DNA of 64,000 bases from an uncultured Chthonomonadaceae bacterium (GCA_963817895.1 CAWFQB010000001.1:608001-672000); one strand, 5' to 3'. Shown: positions 21,188-30,842, numbered from the stretch's first letter. The notes: generated by a model not told the origin, from the letters alone. Made by a program: numbers and translations.

Positions 21188-21847
21188 TTAATGCGGTACT
21201 GCGGCAGAAGTGGAGTGTTCCGGCGAGTTCTGCGTCAGGTAGGCGATGAGGCTTTTGCGGGCATCAGCCTTCATTTTGGGCGCGGTCTTTTTGAGCAGGT
21301 TGTCGAACGCGGCGATCTCCGCCCCGGAACCGGGATAGCCGATGTTGTCCATCGCCCCGTTCTTGCCCGGCATCACGTTGCTGTCGGCAAGTTTTTTGCC
21401 CTTGGCGTCCAGAAACGCGTAAAACGGCAGGCCGGACTTCGCGCCGCTCAAATCGGCCATCACCTTATCCGCGCCCGGATTTTCCAGTGTTTTCTTCGGG
21501 CCGTTCTCGCTGACATCAAGCGGCACAATCACATAATTGTCCGCGAACAGTTTCTTGTACTCCGGCTTGTCCATCACGCCTTCGAGTTTCTTGCACCAGC
21601 CGCACCACGACGCATGGAACATCACCAGAATATTCTTGTGTTCCTTGCCCGCCTGTTCCTGCGCCGACGCCATCAGTTGCGCCGCAGGCAGGGGCGTCGT
21701 CTGCGCGTCCGGCGTGGTTTGCGTGGCAGAAGCGGCAGGCGCGGGCTTCGCCTCCGTCTGCGCCATCACGCCTCTACCCATCAGCGCAACCGCGCCACAT
21801 ACAAGCATCATTGCAACAGTTTTTCGCATTTCGTTTCTCCTTGTCAT
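21188..21847 (-). CDS. Secreted thioredoxin-family protein
   Basis: Signal peptide; FHASWCGWC; GLPFYAFLD. Confidence 0.85.
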   Translation of the reverse strand: MTRRNEMRKTVAMMLVCGAVALMGRGVMAQTEAKPAPAASATQTTPDAQTTPLPAAQLMASAQEQAGKEHKNILVMFHASWCGWCKKLEGVMDKPEYKKLFADNYVIVPLDVSENGPKKTLENPGADKVMADLSGAKSGLPFYAFLDAKGKKLADSNVMPGKNGAMDNIGYPGSGAEIAAFDNLLKKTAPKMKADARKSLIAYLTQNSPEHSTSAAVPH

Positions 21848-21928
21848 GTCTGCATACGCGCGTTGTTCACAGGTTGAACTCTTTTCGCGTCTTTTCGCGT
21901 GTTTCGCGGTTTCACACTAATCCTCGCG

Positions 21929-22687
21929 TCAATCTTCCGGTTCCACAACCGCGCCGAACTTGCGAACCCGCTTCTGGTAATCGGCGAGAGCGGCAATCAG
22001 ATGATCGCGGTCAAAGTCGGGCCAGCAGGTCGGCGTAATGTGGATTTCGCTATACGCTGTTTCCCACAGCAGAAAATTGGACAGGCGCAGTTCTCCCGCT
22101 GTCCGAATTAGCAAATCGGGGTCGGGAATATCGGGCGCGTACAAATGCGCGGCAATAGCCTCTTCCGTAATCTCATCCGGCGCAATATGTCCCTGACGCA
22201 CCTGCTCCGCAAGCGCGCGAACCGAATCAACCACTTCCGCCCGCCCGCCATAATTGATGGCGAGATTGAACGTCAGGCCGTCGAAATCGCGTGTGCGCTG
22301 CATGGCGTCCTCAAATTCGGCGCGCAGGCCGGCAGGCAGTTCGCGCATCCGTCCCGACACCCGCACCCGAACATGATTCTGAATCAGTTCCTCGATTTCC
22401 GCCTGCATCGCCCGCAGCATCAACTCCATCAAACCGCCGACCTCATCCTGCGAACGCCGCCAGTTTTCTGAGGAAAAGCCGTACACGGTCAGATACCGCA
22501 CACCCAGCGCATCCGCCGCATACACGATATTTTTCAGCGTCCGATAGCCCTGATCGTGTCCCCACAGCCGGTTTTTGCCCCGCGCCTGCGCCCACCTGCC
22601 GTTGCCATCCATAATGATCGCCACATGCGCAGGCAGTCGCCCTGGATCAAGCCCCGCTGCCCTCGCGTTCGCTGCCCTGTCGGTCAT
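21929..22687 (-). CDS. uppS: Undecaprenyl diphosphate synthase
   Basis: HVAIIMDGNGRWA, FSSENWRR, NYGGR, DLLIRTAGELRLSNFLLW. Confidence 0.97.
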   Translation of the reverse strand: MTDRAANARAAGLDPGRLPAHVAIIMDGNGRWAQARGKNRLWGHDQGYRTLKNIVYAADALGVRYLTVYGFSSENWRRSQDEVGGLMELMLRAMQAEIEELIQNHVRVRVSGRMRELPAGLRAEFEDAMQRTRDFDGLTFNLAINYGGRAEVVDSVRALAEQVRQGHIAPDEITEEAIAAHLYAPDIPDPDLLIRTAGELRLSNFLLWETAYSEIHITPTCWPDFDRDHLIAALADYQKRVRKFGAVVEPED

Positions 22688-22701
22688 GCTATCAACTTCC
22701 T

Positions 22702-23265
22702 CTAAACTTCCATCAAATCCGCTTCTTTGGCCTTCGTCAGCACATCCACTTCCGCGATGTACTTGTCGGTCAGTTTCTGCACCTGCTCCGCGCCCCGCTT
22801 CTCGTCATTCTCGGAAAGCGGGTTCTCCTTATCCTTGCGGGCGGTAGACAGTTTCTTGATGGCGTCCTGCCGCACCGTGCGTATGGACGCCTTGCCCGTT
22901 TCCGCCTTCTGGTTCACCTGCTTGATGAAATCTTTGCGGCGTTGTTCCGTCAGCGGCGGGATGTTCAGGCGGATGCCCACGCCGTCATTGTTGGGCGTGA
23001 TGCCCACATCTGATTTGGAAATCGCCTTTTCGATATGCGCCAGCGCGCTGCGGTCGAACGGCGTAATGAGCAGTTGGCGCGGTTCGGGTACGGACACCGC
23101 CGCCACCTGATTGAGCGGCAGGCTGGAACCGTACATCTCCACTTTGATGTGTTCCAGAATGCCCGGATTGGCCCGTCCCGTGCGTATCAGCGAAAACTCA
23201 TGCTGCACCGCCTCGATGGACTTCTTCATCTTACTCTCAGCGTCTTTGATTAGATCAGGTATCAT
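22702..23265 (-). CDS. frr: Ribosome recycling factor
   Basis: IRTGRANP, PNNDG, PPLTEQRR, VQKLTD; start MIPDLIKD after GAGG RBS; frr-uppS synteny. Confidence 0.97.
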   Translation of the reverse strand: MIPDLIKDAESKMKKSIEAVQHEFSLIRTGRANPGILEHIKVEMYGSSLPLNQVAAVSVPEPRQLLITPFDRSALAHIEKAISKSDVGITPNNDGVGIRLNIPPLTEQRRKDFIKQVNQKAETGKASIRTVRQDAIKKLSTARKDKENPLSENDEKRGAEQVQKLTDKYIAEVDVLTKAKEADLMEV

Positions 23266-23280
23266 GTTCAGCCTCTTTTG

Positions 23281-23420
23281 TGTAGGATAGGAGTAGCGTC
23301 GTGAACTACCAACACCACGAGGGGTGTGGCTTCCGATTTCAACGAGAACTGGTGACTTTCGCCACTCTGACGTTCCCTCCATCAGCGTTTAGCCTCTCGG
23401 TGATTCCCACCGCGAGTAGT
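23281..23420 (-). ncRNA. Predicted TnpB omegaRNA (reRNA) scaffold plus ~20-nt guide from flanking DNA
   Basis: Overlaps the tnpB 3' end and right end (AACGCTGATGGAGGGAACGTCAGA...CAGTTCTCGTTGAAATCGGAAGCC...TTCAC); guide gacgctactcctatcctaca; 5' limit approximate. Confidence 0.65.
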
Positions 23421-23674
23421 CTCCTGCCCTCACACAGTATGTTCACGGCGGCATTGATGTCCCTGTCGTGCAGGATTTTGCATCGCTCACACGTCCATTG
23501 TCTGTCGGAGAGTAAGAGAGATTGTTTGTGCTGGCAGCAGTGACAGGTTTTAGACGAGGCAAAGAACCTCCCCACCTTTACCACGCGCTTGTTTTGCCAT
23601 TGCGCCTTATACTCCACCATGCGGAGGAACGTGCCAATAGCAGCATCGGAGAAGGACTTGGCTAACTTGGTCAG
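23339..23674 (-). CDS. tnpB: TnpB C-terminal fragment (zinc finger + RuvC-III)
   Basis: (L)TKLAKSFSDAAIGTFLRMVEYKA...SSKTCHCC...WTCERC...HDRDINAAVNI. Confidence 0.9.
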   Translation of the reverse strand: MTKLAKSFSDAAIGTFLRMVEYKAQWQNKRVVKVGRFFASSKTCHCCQHKQSLLLSDRQWTCERCKILHDRDINAAVNILCEGRRLLAVGITERLNADGGNVRVAKVTSSR

Positions 23675-24432
23675 GCCGTTTTGCAGCCCTTTGGCTTTGG
23701 GTTAAACTTTCTGATTGGTATATTGCGCCGTTGCAAAATGCCTCGGACACTTGGGGCGGTTATATGAAAATATGCGGACAATATAGCAGTGCTTTCGCCA
23801 TTTTGGTATCGCAAACATAGCGCGTCCTTTTGTGCGTATGTCAATTTATTTGATTTTTTGTCCTGTGACTTTGCATCAGGATTCGTCCAGCCATGACATG
23901 AGAACCGCTTGCCTTTCGACACCATACCCATTGTTGTAAATGGCAATCCGTGTTCGCGGCAAAATTCCATCATGTTAGGAATTTCTGTCAGTTTACCGTC
24001 AGGTGAAAGTAAACGATGTGGCTCTCCATTTCTATAAGCAAGTGCATGGTGTTCTCTGCTTTCCTTTGTGGCAAACTGATTTTTGGCACTAAGACTGAGG
24101 CGCAATCGGGATTCATCGCTATACTTTACGCCCTTGTTTGTTTTCGTAATCGGGCGCAAATTAAATAGTCGAACACCCGCTGTTTTGTATCGGTCAAAAT
24201 GCTTCTGCTCGGCAACATCACGCGCATCAGCATCAGGCACTACTTCAAGCACAGAAAATTCAAAACAGTTTTCACCGTGCTTGTTCCAAGCATTTTGCAG
24301 GTGACGGTTATCGTGCGTGTTGTTTCGCAGATAACAACGGTGTTGATTCCAGCGTTCAGCCAGATTTTGTGTCTGACCGACATAAACCTTGCCGTTTGCT
24401 GTGCAGGTTATTGAATAGACACCAGCGTTCAT
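23671..24432 (-). CDS. GIY-YIG homing endonuclease (I-TevI-like) with NUMOD-like and C-terminal HTH DNA-binding modules
   Basis: GVYSITCTANGKVYVGQT, RWNQH, LQNAWNKHG, catalytic E (AEQ) and N (LFNL); GVKYSDESRLRLS NUMOD3-like; more AT-rich than tnpB. Confidence 0.9.
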   Translation of the reverse strand: MNAGVYSITCTANGKVYVGQTQNLAERWNQHRCYLRNNTHDNRHLQNAWNKHGENCFEFSVLEVVPDADARDVAEQKHFDRYKTAGVRLFNLRPITKTNKGVKYSDESRLRLSLSAKNQFATKESREHHALAYRNGEPHRLLSPDGKLTEIPNMMEFCREHGLPFTTMGMVSKGKRFSCHGWTNPDAKSQDKKSNKLTYAQKDALCLRYQNGESTAILSAYFHITAPSVRGILQRRNIPIRKFNPKPKGCKTA

Positions 24433-25262
24433 ATTCTCGTTAAGCCTTTGAGGTTCAAGTCCTCGATGCAAAAGGTGTCGAAACGACTCAGAAGACGTGC
24501 CGACAGTTTGTGAAGCCAGTCGTTGCGCTTGTTGCGGACTCTGGCATGGAAGATAGCAACTTGCTTTTTCGCCTTAGCCCGATTGCGGCTTGCCTTCTGG
24601 CAGCGGGAAAGACGGCGTTGCAGGCGTTTGAGTTTGCGTTCGGCCTTGCGATAGAACCTGGGAGGCTTGACTTTCTCGCCCGTGTCAAGGGGCAAAAAGG
24701 ATTGCAGTCCCACGTCTATCCCTACGGGAGCGTCACAGACCGGGGCAATGTCAGGCAGTTCAATATGGCTGACTAAGGTGACATGCCAGTGTCCATCGGC
24801 TTCCTGTTTGATGGTCGCGCCTTTGACAGTTCCCTCCATAGCGCGGTGCAGACGGGCTTTCACCAGTCCGATTTTCGGAAGGGACACTTTGCCGCGCGTG
24901 AGGGTGACATTCTGCGGAATACGAAACGCATTGGGAGTGTGCTTGCGTGATTTGAACGTTGGGAACCGCGCCCGTTTCTCGAAGCAGGCCACGAACGCCC
25001 TGTCCAAATCCATGAGCGTTTGCTGCAACACCTGACTGTGGCACTCTTTCAGGAACGCGGTTTCAGGCAGGCGTTTCAATTTCACCAGTTCCCCCGCAAG
25101 GGCGACATACCCGATGCTTTTGCCTGTCTCTTTGTAGACGGCTTGCTTTCGCGCCAACGCCCAATTCCAGACGAATCTTCTACACCCCGCAAAGCGCAGG
25201 AACTCGTGTTCCTGTTCGAGGGTGGGTTCCAGTCTGAACTTGTAGGTTTTGGTGACAATCAC
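24429..25262 (-). CDS. tnpB: TnpB N-terminal fragment (HTH, WED/REC, RuvC-I and II)
   Basis: KTYKFRLEPT, GCRRFVWN, VGIDVG, RNDWLHKLS, IEDLNLKGL; probable GTG start at 25262. Confidence 0.92.
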   Translation of the reverse strand: MIVTKTYKFRLEPTLEQEHEFLRFAGCRRFVWNWALARKQAVYKETGKSIGYVALAGELVKLKRLPETAFLKECHSQVLQQTLMDLDRAFVACFEKRARFPTFKSRKHTPNAFRIPQNVTLTRGKVSLPKIGLVKARLHRAMEGTVKGATIKQEADGHWHVTLVSHIELPDIAPVCDAPVGIDVGLQSFLPLDTGEKVKPPRFYRKAERKLKRLQRRLSRCQKASRNRAKAKKQVAIFHARVRNKRNDWLHKLSARLLSRFDTFCIEDLNLKGLTRI

Positions 25263-26009
25263 AGGAGGCCCTTCCGCCTGTTCAGGGTTTTGATTTCTGG
25301 TTTGCGATGTACTTGGCAATCATAGCGGCAGAGACGGTTCCTGCGCTGCCGTAGTAACAACCGTCCGACCGGGCGTCCACCCCAAGGGAAGGACACCACA
25401 AGGGGATGGGGTTTTCTGGCCTTGTCTCTATAAAATATGTCAAAATAGCGCCTGCCAACTGTCTACAAACTCAGCAACGCGCCCGTTTGTTCCCGCAGCA
25501 GCGCGACACGACGATGTAATGTTGTTTCGGCTTCGGCCTGCGTATTTCCTGCCGCAAACGGCAAATTGAAAGTGGCGTCATAAATCCGAAAGCAACTGTT
25601 TAGCCCCGTTCTCGGTTCTTGCTTCTGTAGAAACATCTAACTTTATCATGGCGGCTGTTCGATCAGTTCAGACTTGTAGAAAGGCTGATGCAACTCCATA
25701 TATCCATCGCTAATCTACTCAAAATATTGATCTTAATTTGAAGGATTCAGCAGCAACGCGCCTACGGTATTTAGATGAAAGTAGGATACGGACGCGCAAT
25801 GAAAAGACCCTTTTGCGCTCCTCTCTTGATAAAGGCGGAAATGAGTTATTGCGTGTTCCACGTAATGACTGCCAAAATGATGAAATTTGATATAGTCGAT
25901 GGACTAGCGTAAGTGTCACTGTCAAAAAGAAACTTCTATATTGTCCAATGTGCTTGAACATGTAAGAAGCAGAAAGGCAACACTATGATATACCCTGTGC
26001 GTCAGTAGT

Positions 26010-27017
26010 TTAGCCCTTCGCATAGTAGTCTGACACTGCCCGGAACGACTCTTTGGGTTCCCACGCCATATCGGGGTAGGTCACGCCGCGTTGATTGGCG
26101 TAGCTTTTAACCAGACTGTAACTCGCCATGTCGAAGTCCAGACGGGGGATGTCAAGATGAATCAGGGTAGGCGAGACAAAGGTAAAGACAAACGCGCCTG
26201 CTACGCCCTCCCCGTCGAGAATCGTCAGCAGGTCTGTCAGTTCGCGCGCCTGTAAGCCTTCGTCGCGCGTATAGTCGCCGTTAAGTCGTGGCCGCGCCGG
26301 ATCGGAGTTTTCCATAATGGCCCAGCCCATGCCGCCCCTGTCCTCGGCTCCCTGATAGGCGCAGCAGCCAACTTCCGCGATGATGAGGGGCTTATGATAG
26401 CTTGCGTACTGCCGGAGTCGCGCGCCGTATGTGTCACGGTCACGCGCCATGCGGTAGTGGTCCAGGCAGATGTAGTCGAAGAGCGTCCAGTCCACTGCTT
26501 CAAAAGGAACCGCCGCGTAGGTCACTTCGCCGTGAAAGACCTGCCGAACCGCCGCGTTCGCTTCGCGCAAAAAGGCGTTGAGCGGCGCATTATGCTGCCC
26601 GGAATGGAGATTCGCAAACAGCGTCGGCGCGGCAATCCGTTCCATAAAGCTGCCGCCCGGAAGGAGTCCCTGCATGAAAAGCGTGAACTCGCCGCCGAGA
26701 ACAAACACGATTTGCGGCGACTGACGGCGCAACAGTTCAGCTTGCGCGGCGCAATCCAGAATGTAAGCCAGTGTTTCGTCCGCGCTTTTATCGTAGAGTA
26801 ACGGCGAAAGCCAGACTTCCAGCCCCAACTCCCGCGCAATCTGCGCGGCCTGTATCAGCCGCTCGACCTCCTGCCCGGAGATGCGGACGGCGTTGCAATG
26901 CAGGTCGTTGCGGATGATCTCCAGTTCCCGGCGCGTGACGGTGAGATCAAAGACCGGGCGCGCGGCCCAATCACCGAGGCGTGTGCCCACATCGTAGTTG
27001 ACCCCTTTTCGGTTCAT
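26010..27017 (-). CDS. Glycoside-hydrolase-like TIM-barrel protein (family often labelled 'abortive infection protein')
   Basis: MNRKGVNYDVG, RRELEIIRNDLHCNAVRISG, IAEVGCC, WEPKESF; AGGAGG RBS. Confidence 0.6.
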   Translation of the reverse strand: MNRKGVNYDVGTRLGDWAARPVFDLTVTRRELEIIRNDLHCNAVRISGQEVERLIQAAQIARELGLEVWLSPLLYDKSADETLAYILDCAAQAELLRRQSPQIVFVLGGEFTLFMQGLLPGGSFMERIAAPTLFANLHSGQHNAPLNAFLREANAAVRQVFHGEVTYAAVPFEAVDWTLFDYICLDHYRMARDRDTYGARLRQYASYHKPLIIAEVGCCAYQGAEDRGGMGWAIMENSDPARPRLNGDYTRDEGLQARELTDLLTILDGEGVAGAFVFTFVSPTLIHLDIPRLDFDMASYSLVKSYANQRGVTYPDMAWEPKESFRAVSDYYAKG

Positions 27018-27060
27018 GTTTCCCTCCTGATGTCCACAGGTAGACGCGGGTGAGGGCAAG

Positions 27061-28059
27061 TCATTTCGGGCGTAACAATTGTACAAGCATATAGAGTAAG
27101 AAGAGGGCGATATTGACGAGGGAGTAGCGCTGCACGGCTTCGTAGGCATAGTGCGCCGTTTCCACGCGGCAGGCATCTACCACAATGGCGCGGGTGGCCG
27201 GGGAAAGGTCCTGAAATTTGGGGTTGTCGGCCCACAGGCTTGCCAGTCCGTGCCGGCACGTCGCCCACGCGAAACCCCACACGCACAGGTACGCCAGCGC
27301 CGCCGCATAGCTGTAGTACAGGCCCGCGAACACCAGGCTGTAGCATACCGTCGCGCCCAAAAGGGCGGGACCCCAGGGCCAGCCGAGATAATCCATTGCG
27401 GCTTCCTGCAAGGCTCTGCGGGTTTCCCCGTTGGTGGGGTTGCGGCGCAGGCTTTCGGCGTAGTTTTCCACCGCCTCTTTTAACCTCTTCTGTCCAAGCA
27501 GGGCGTCCCCGAGCAGGCGCAGGGCGCGGGAATTCTCCGGTTCCAGATTCAGGGCGGTGCGGCTGCTAATTTCGGCTTCGGCATACTTGTTTTGCGCCAG
27601 ATACACATACGCCCGCGTCCGGTGCGCCAGCCCCTCTTCGGGCGCGACGGCGAGCAGGCGCTGTACCGTGTCTTCCGCTTCGGGCAGGCGGTTGACGCAG
27701 ACCTGCGCTTCGGCAAGGGTACTGAGCGTATAGGTTCCGTCCGGTTCCAGGCGGGCGGCTTCCGTCGCGGCTTCCAGAGCGGCTTTCAGACGGTCAGTAC
27801 GCATAAAAATCACGCTGCGCAGCCGATGCCCCCACTCCTCGCCGGGGTCTACGGCAACCGCGCGATTGGCCCATTCCAGCGCAGTCGCGTACTCCTCCAG
27901 ATTGACGTAAACGTAGGCGAGCATACACAAAATCTCGCCGTTTTCCGCATCAATCGCCAGCGCGTTGTTGAGCAGGGGAATGGCTTCGCGGTAGCGGCCC
28001 ACATCCAGGGCGGCCTGCGCGCGGTTCTTTAATTGAAAAAGGTCGTTTTCGTCGGGCAT
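27061..28059 (-). CDS. TPR protein with C-terminal TM helices
   Basis: Consecutive TPR motifs followed by hydrophobic segments. Confidence 0.85.
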   Translation of the reverse strand: MPDENDLFQLKNRAQAALDVGRYREAIPLLNNALAIDAENGEILCMLAYVYVNLEEYATALEWANRAVAVDPGEEWGHRLRSVIFMRTDRLKAALEAATEAARLEPDGTYTLSTLAEAQVCVNRLPEAEDTVQRLLAVAPEEGLAHRTRAYVYLAQNKYAEAEISSRTALNLEPENSRALRLLGDALLGQKRLKEAVENYAESLRRNPTNGETRRALQEAAMDYLGWPWGPALLGATVCYSLVFAGLYYSYAAALAYLCVWGFAWATCRHGLASLWADNPKFQDLSPATRAIVVDACRVETAHYAYEAVQRYSLVNIALFLLYMLVQLLRPK

Positions 28060-28065
28060 GGCAGG

Positions 28066-28128
28066 TTAGGTGAATAGGTTGTCAGGTTGTCAGTTGTTAG
28101 TTGTCAGGGTTTTAGTTGTCAGGTGTTA
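28066..28128 (+). repeat. Degenerate 7-8-mer tandem repeat (GTTGTCAG/GTTGTTAG)
   Basis: Same family occurs inverted at 33665-33704. Confidence 0.75.
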
Positions 28129-29121
28129 CAGGCGGGTAATCAGCAGGGCCGCCGCAAGCATCATCAGACTTAAAAATACCATTGTCGCAATCGCAAAATA
28201 CGTTTTCGGCCAATCTTCGCGGTACTGCTGTACGATTTGCCGCCGCGCGGAAGCAGGCAGGCGGCGGTAGGCAGGCTGAACCAACAGTAAAACCGCAGGC
28301 GACAGCGTTGTAATCACGGCAATTGAAAGAAATGTGAGAACGGCTGTTACGCCCAGGGCGGCAAGAGGGCTGAGTTCCCATAGAGTAGCCGATATCAAAA
28401 GCGTTATCAAGCAGAGGGCAGCGGCAGTCTGAGAGAATGATGGCAGGCCGATTCTGAAACAAACCTGACGGAACTGCGCCTGTGTTTGTTTATCAGTCGG
28501 CTCGATTTGCAGCGAATGAAGATAGGCTTGTATAGCCTCTCCATTCCGCTCTTGCTTCATCAAGGCCTCTCCCAATCGGCGGTACAAAATCGCGTTTTCC
28601 GCATTGATTTGCAGCCCTGTTAATGCAAAACGTTCCACATTCGCCCATTGTCGCGTGGCTTTGTAGACCCCTGTAAGCAGCAGGTGCGCCCGGACATCTT
28701 CGGGCGCGACTTGCAGCAGGCGTTTGCCGGTTGCTTCCGCCGCGTTGTAATCAGCGTACCGGCGCAGCATCTCGCCCAGATGATAGAGTACAATCGGCGC
28801 ATCCGGTTTATGGCGGGCCGCGTTGTGGGCGGATGCCAGCGCTTCTTCGGCCCTGCCCAGCATGCTTAAACTTGAACTGCGCAGCCGATGCGCCCATTCC
28901 GAAATAGGATTTGTAGACAGGGCTTTATCCGCCGCAGCCAGAGACTTCTCCCACTCTTTCAGGGTCAAATACGCCAGCGACAGATGGCACAGCATCTCGT
29001 CATCGAACGGCGCGGTTGCCAATGCGCGTTCCAGCAATGGCAGCGACTCGCCCGCCCGCCCGATGTCTCGAAGGACGCGCGCCTGTGTCAGCAAATTATC
29101 CACTTCCGGCGAATGTTTCAT
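28126..29121 (-). CDS. TPR protein with C-terminal TM helices (paralog of 27061-28059)
   Basis: TPRs; EWAHRLRS vs EWGHRLRS in the paralog; start uncertain (29121 or 29187). Confidence 0.85.
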   Translation of the reverse strand: MKHSPEVDNLLTQARVLRDIGRAGESLPLLERALATAPFDDEMLCHLSLAYLTLKEWEKSLAAADKALSTNPISEWAHRLRSSSLSMLGRAEEALASAHNAARHKPDAPIVLYHLGEMLRRYADYNAAEATGKRLLQVAPEDVRAHLLLTGVYKATRQWANVERFALTGLQINAENAILYRRLGEALMKQERNGEAIQAYLHSLQIEPTDKQTQAQFRQVCFRIGLPSFSQTAAALCLITLLISATLWELSPLAALGVTAVLTFLSIAVITTLSPAVLLLVQPAYRRLPASARRQIVQQYREDWPKTYFAIATMVFLSLMMLAAALLITRL

Positions 29122-29183
29122 CTTACGGCCTGCATATTTCAATCGGGTATTCGCGTTCATTCGCGGCTGATTTCGTTTAATTT

Positions 29184-30507
29184 TCACAGCATATTGTTTG
29201 TTTTCAGGTACTTGAGCAGGTCGTCGTATACGCCGTCCTCATTGGCGAATTGGGCATAGTGGCGGGCCGTGTCGAACCACGAGCGCACGGTCGGGCGCAC
29301 GTCGCGAATGGCCTTCTGGAAATCCCGCTGCCCGACGGGACGGGCAATGCCGCGCTCCAGCGAGTCCTCCATCGCGAACTCGGTTGCCGAGTCGCACAAA
29401 TGCGCCACATCCGCGCCGGAAAAGCCCTCCGTTTTGCTCACTACCCAGTTTATATCCACGCCTTCAACGGGACGTTCGCGCAGATTGTAGCGGACGATGG
29501 CAGCGCGGGCGGGCGCGTCGGGGGGCAGAACGAGCAGGGTGCGATCCAGGCGGCCGGGGCGGCGCAGGGCTACGTCAATGTCCCAGGGATGATTGGTGGC
29601 CGCCATCACGAAAATGCCCTCGTTGTTGCTTGCCACGCTGTCGAGTTCGGTCAGCAGTTGGTTGACGTATGTGCGCGACCAGGCTTCGCGCATCAGGCTG
29701 CGCTTGCGTCCCAGCGCGTCGAGTTCATCGAAGAACAGGACGCAGGGCGCGTTGCGGCGGGCTTTGCTGAAAATGGCGTGCAGGTTCTTTTCGCTGTTGC
29801 CCACATACGAGTCCAGCACTTCGTTGATGCCCACGCTGATAAACCGCGCGCCCATTTCGCCCGCCGTCGCCCGCGCGATATAGGTTTTGCCGCAGCCGGG
29901 CGGGCCGTACATCAGCAGGCCGCCGCGCAGAGATTTGCCGTACATGCGCCGCATATCCGGGTTTTTCAGGGGCGCGAGAAACGCCATGTTCAGTCGGCGC
30001 TTCACTTCCACCATGCCCGCCACATCTTCCAGCGTCATGTCGGGCGTTTCCATATCGAACAGGCTCTCGGCGTCTTCCGCCTCGCCGTCCTGCGACATGC
30101 GAACGCGTTGCGGTTCCCCGTCGTTATCGTCTTTATCGTCGTCTTCACGGTCGAGCGTATTGCGATAGTTCTGTTGCGGGCGGGTTGTGGGCGTGTCGGA
30201 CAGGCGCGACTCTTCGATGTCTTCCACAAGGCTTTTGGCGCGGTTCCAGCTGCAGGGCTTCGTACAAACGCTTGTAGCCCGCCGCCCGCTCCTTATCTCC
30301 TGTGGCTTCCGCGGCGCGGGTGGCGGCTTGCAGGGCTTCCAGGTGCGCAGGCTGCTTGTTCAGGATACCCGCGGCGTGTTCCAGCGCGTCGTGGGCGCGG
30401 CCTCCATCCAGCAGCATTTGCGCCAGATGCAGGCGCAGGTTGATGTTATCGGGATCGCCGCTGATAGCGGATTCAAGGGCGGCAATGATGGTCGGATCAA
30501 CGGGCAT
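29184..30507 (-). CDS. TPR-AAA+ ATPase (classical AAA/CDC48-Vps4-like), frameshift near 30230
   Basis: N-terminal TPR; YGPPGCGKT, FFDELD, ATNHPWDID, RRPGRLD, GFSGAD. Confidence 0.9.
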
Positions 30508-30569
30508 AAAACCTCACTTCAACAGAAAGTCACGGGCGATGGCTTGTAAAAAATCGCGCACAAAAATAA

Positions 30570-30762
30570 AACGGAGATCGTCAAGCAAAGAACACAGAGC
30601 GTCGTATCCCGCATCTTTGTAGGTCGTATCTCGCATGAGAGCAGTTGCAGGCGAGAGGGAACGGTGAGCATCGTGCCGGGAATACAGATAGGTCGCAGTT
30701 GTAGGCGAATGGTTTACGATCTCCGTTCTTGCGCGCGTGGCCGAAGGCTTCCGCGCGCAAGA
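30570..30762 (-). ncRNA. Candidate structured RNA downstream of the DIP1984-like gene
   Basis: 11-bp perfect hairpin (30727-30762) abutting a 12-bp closing stem (30570-30581/30716-30727); internal 14-nt direct repeats; U-rich tail. Confidence 0.5.
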
Positions 30763-30842
30763 GAGCGCGCTGCGCAATGCAGCGCCAAAACGCGAAAAGC
30801 AGGAGGAAAAGCGGCAGGCTTCTTCCCGCTGTTATTCAAAGG

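Larger units (their letters stand above)
23301..25429 (-). mobile_element. IS200/IS605 family element (tnpB only, IS1341-like) carrying a GIY-YIG insertion
   Basis: Right end GAAG-hairpin-GTAGTTCAC; left end TTAT|AGAGACAAGGCCAG-AAAA-CCCC hairpin; shared subterminal CCCCT(T/C)GTGGTGT; no tnpA. Confidence 0.85.

Noticed and set aside
23672..24434. Insert as a group I intron, IStron or intein
   Set aside because: The ORF fills essentially the whole insert, I see no P7/R-S core, it is out of frame with tnpB, and there are no Hint or C-terminal HN motifs. A cryptic overlapping intron cannot be fully excluded without a covariance-model search.
23270..25445. frr promoter split by the IS (TTGACA at 25438-25443 + TATCCT)
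   Set aside because: The reconstructed spacing is 19 nt, too weak to claim.
25450..26000. Decayed nuclease gene in the AT-rich gap
   Set aside because: Only short stop-interrupted frames and one CxxC; no supportable family call.
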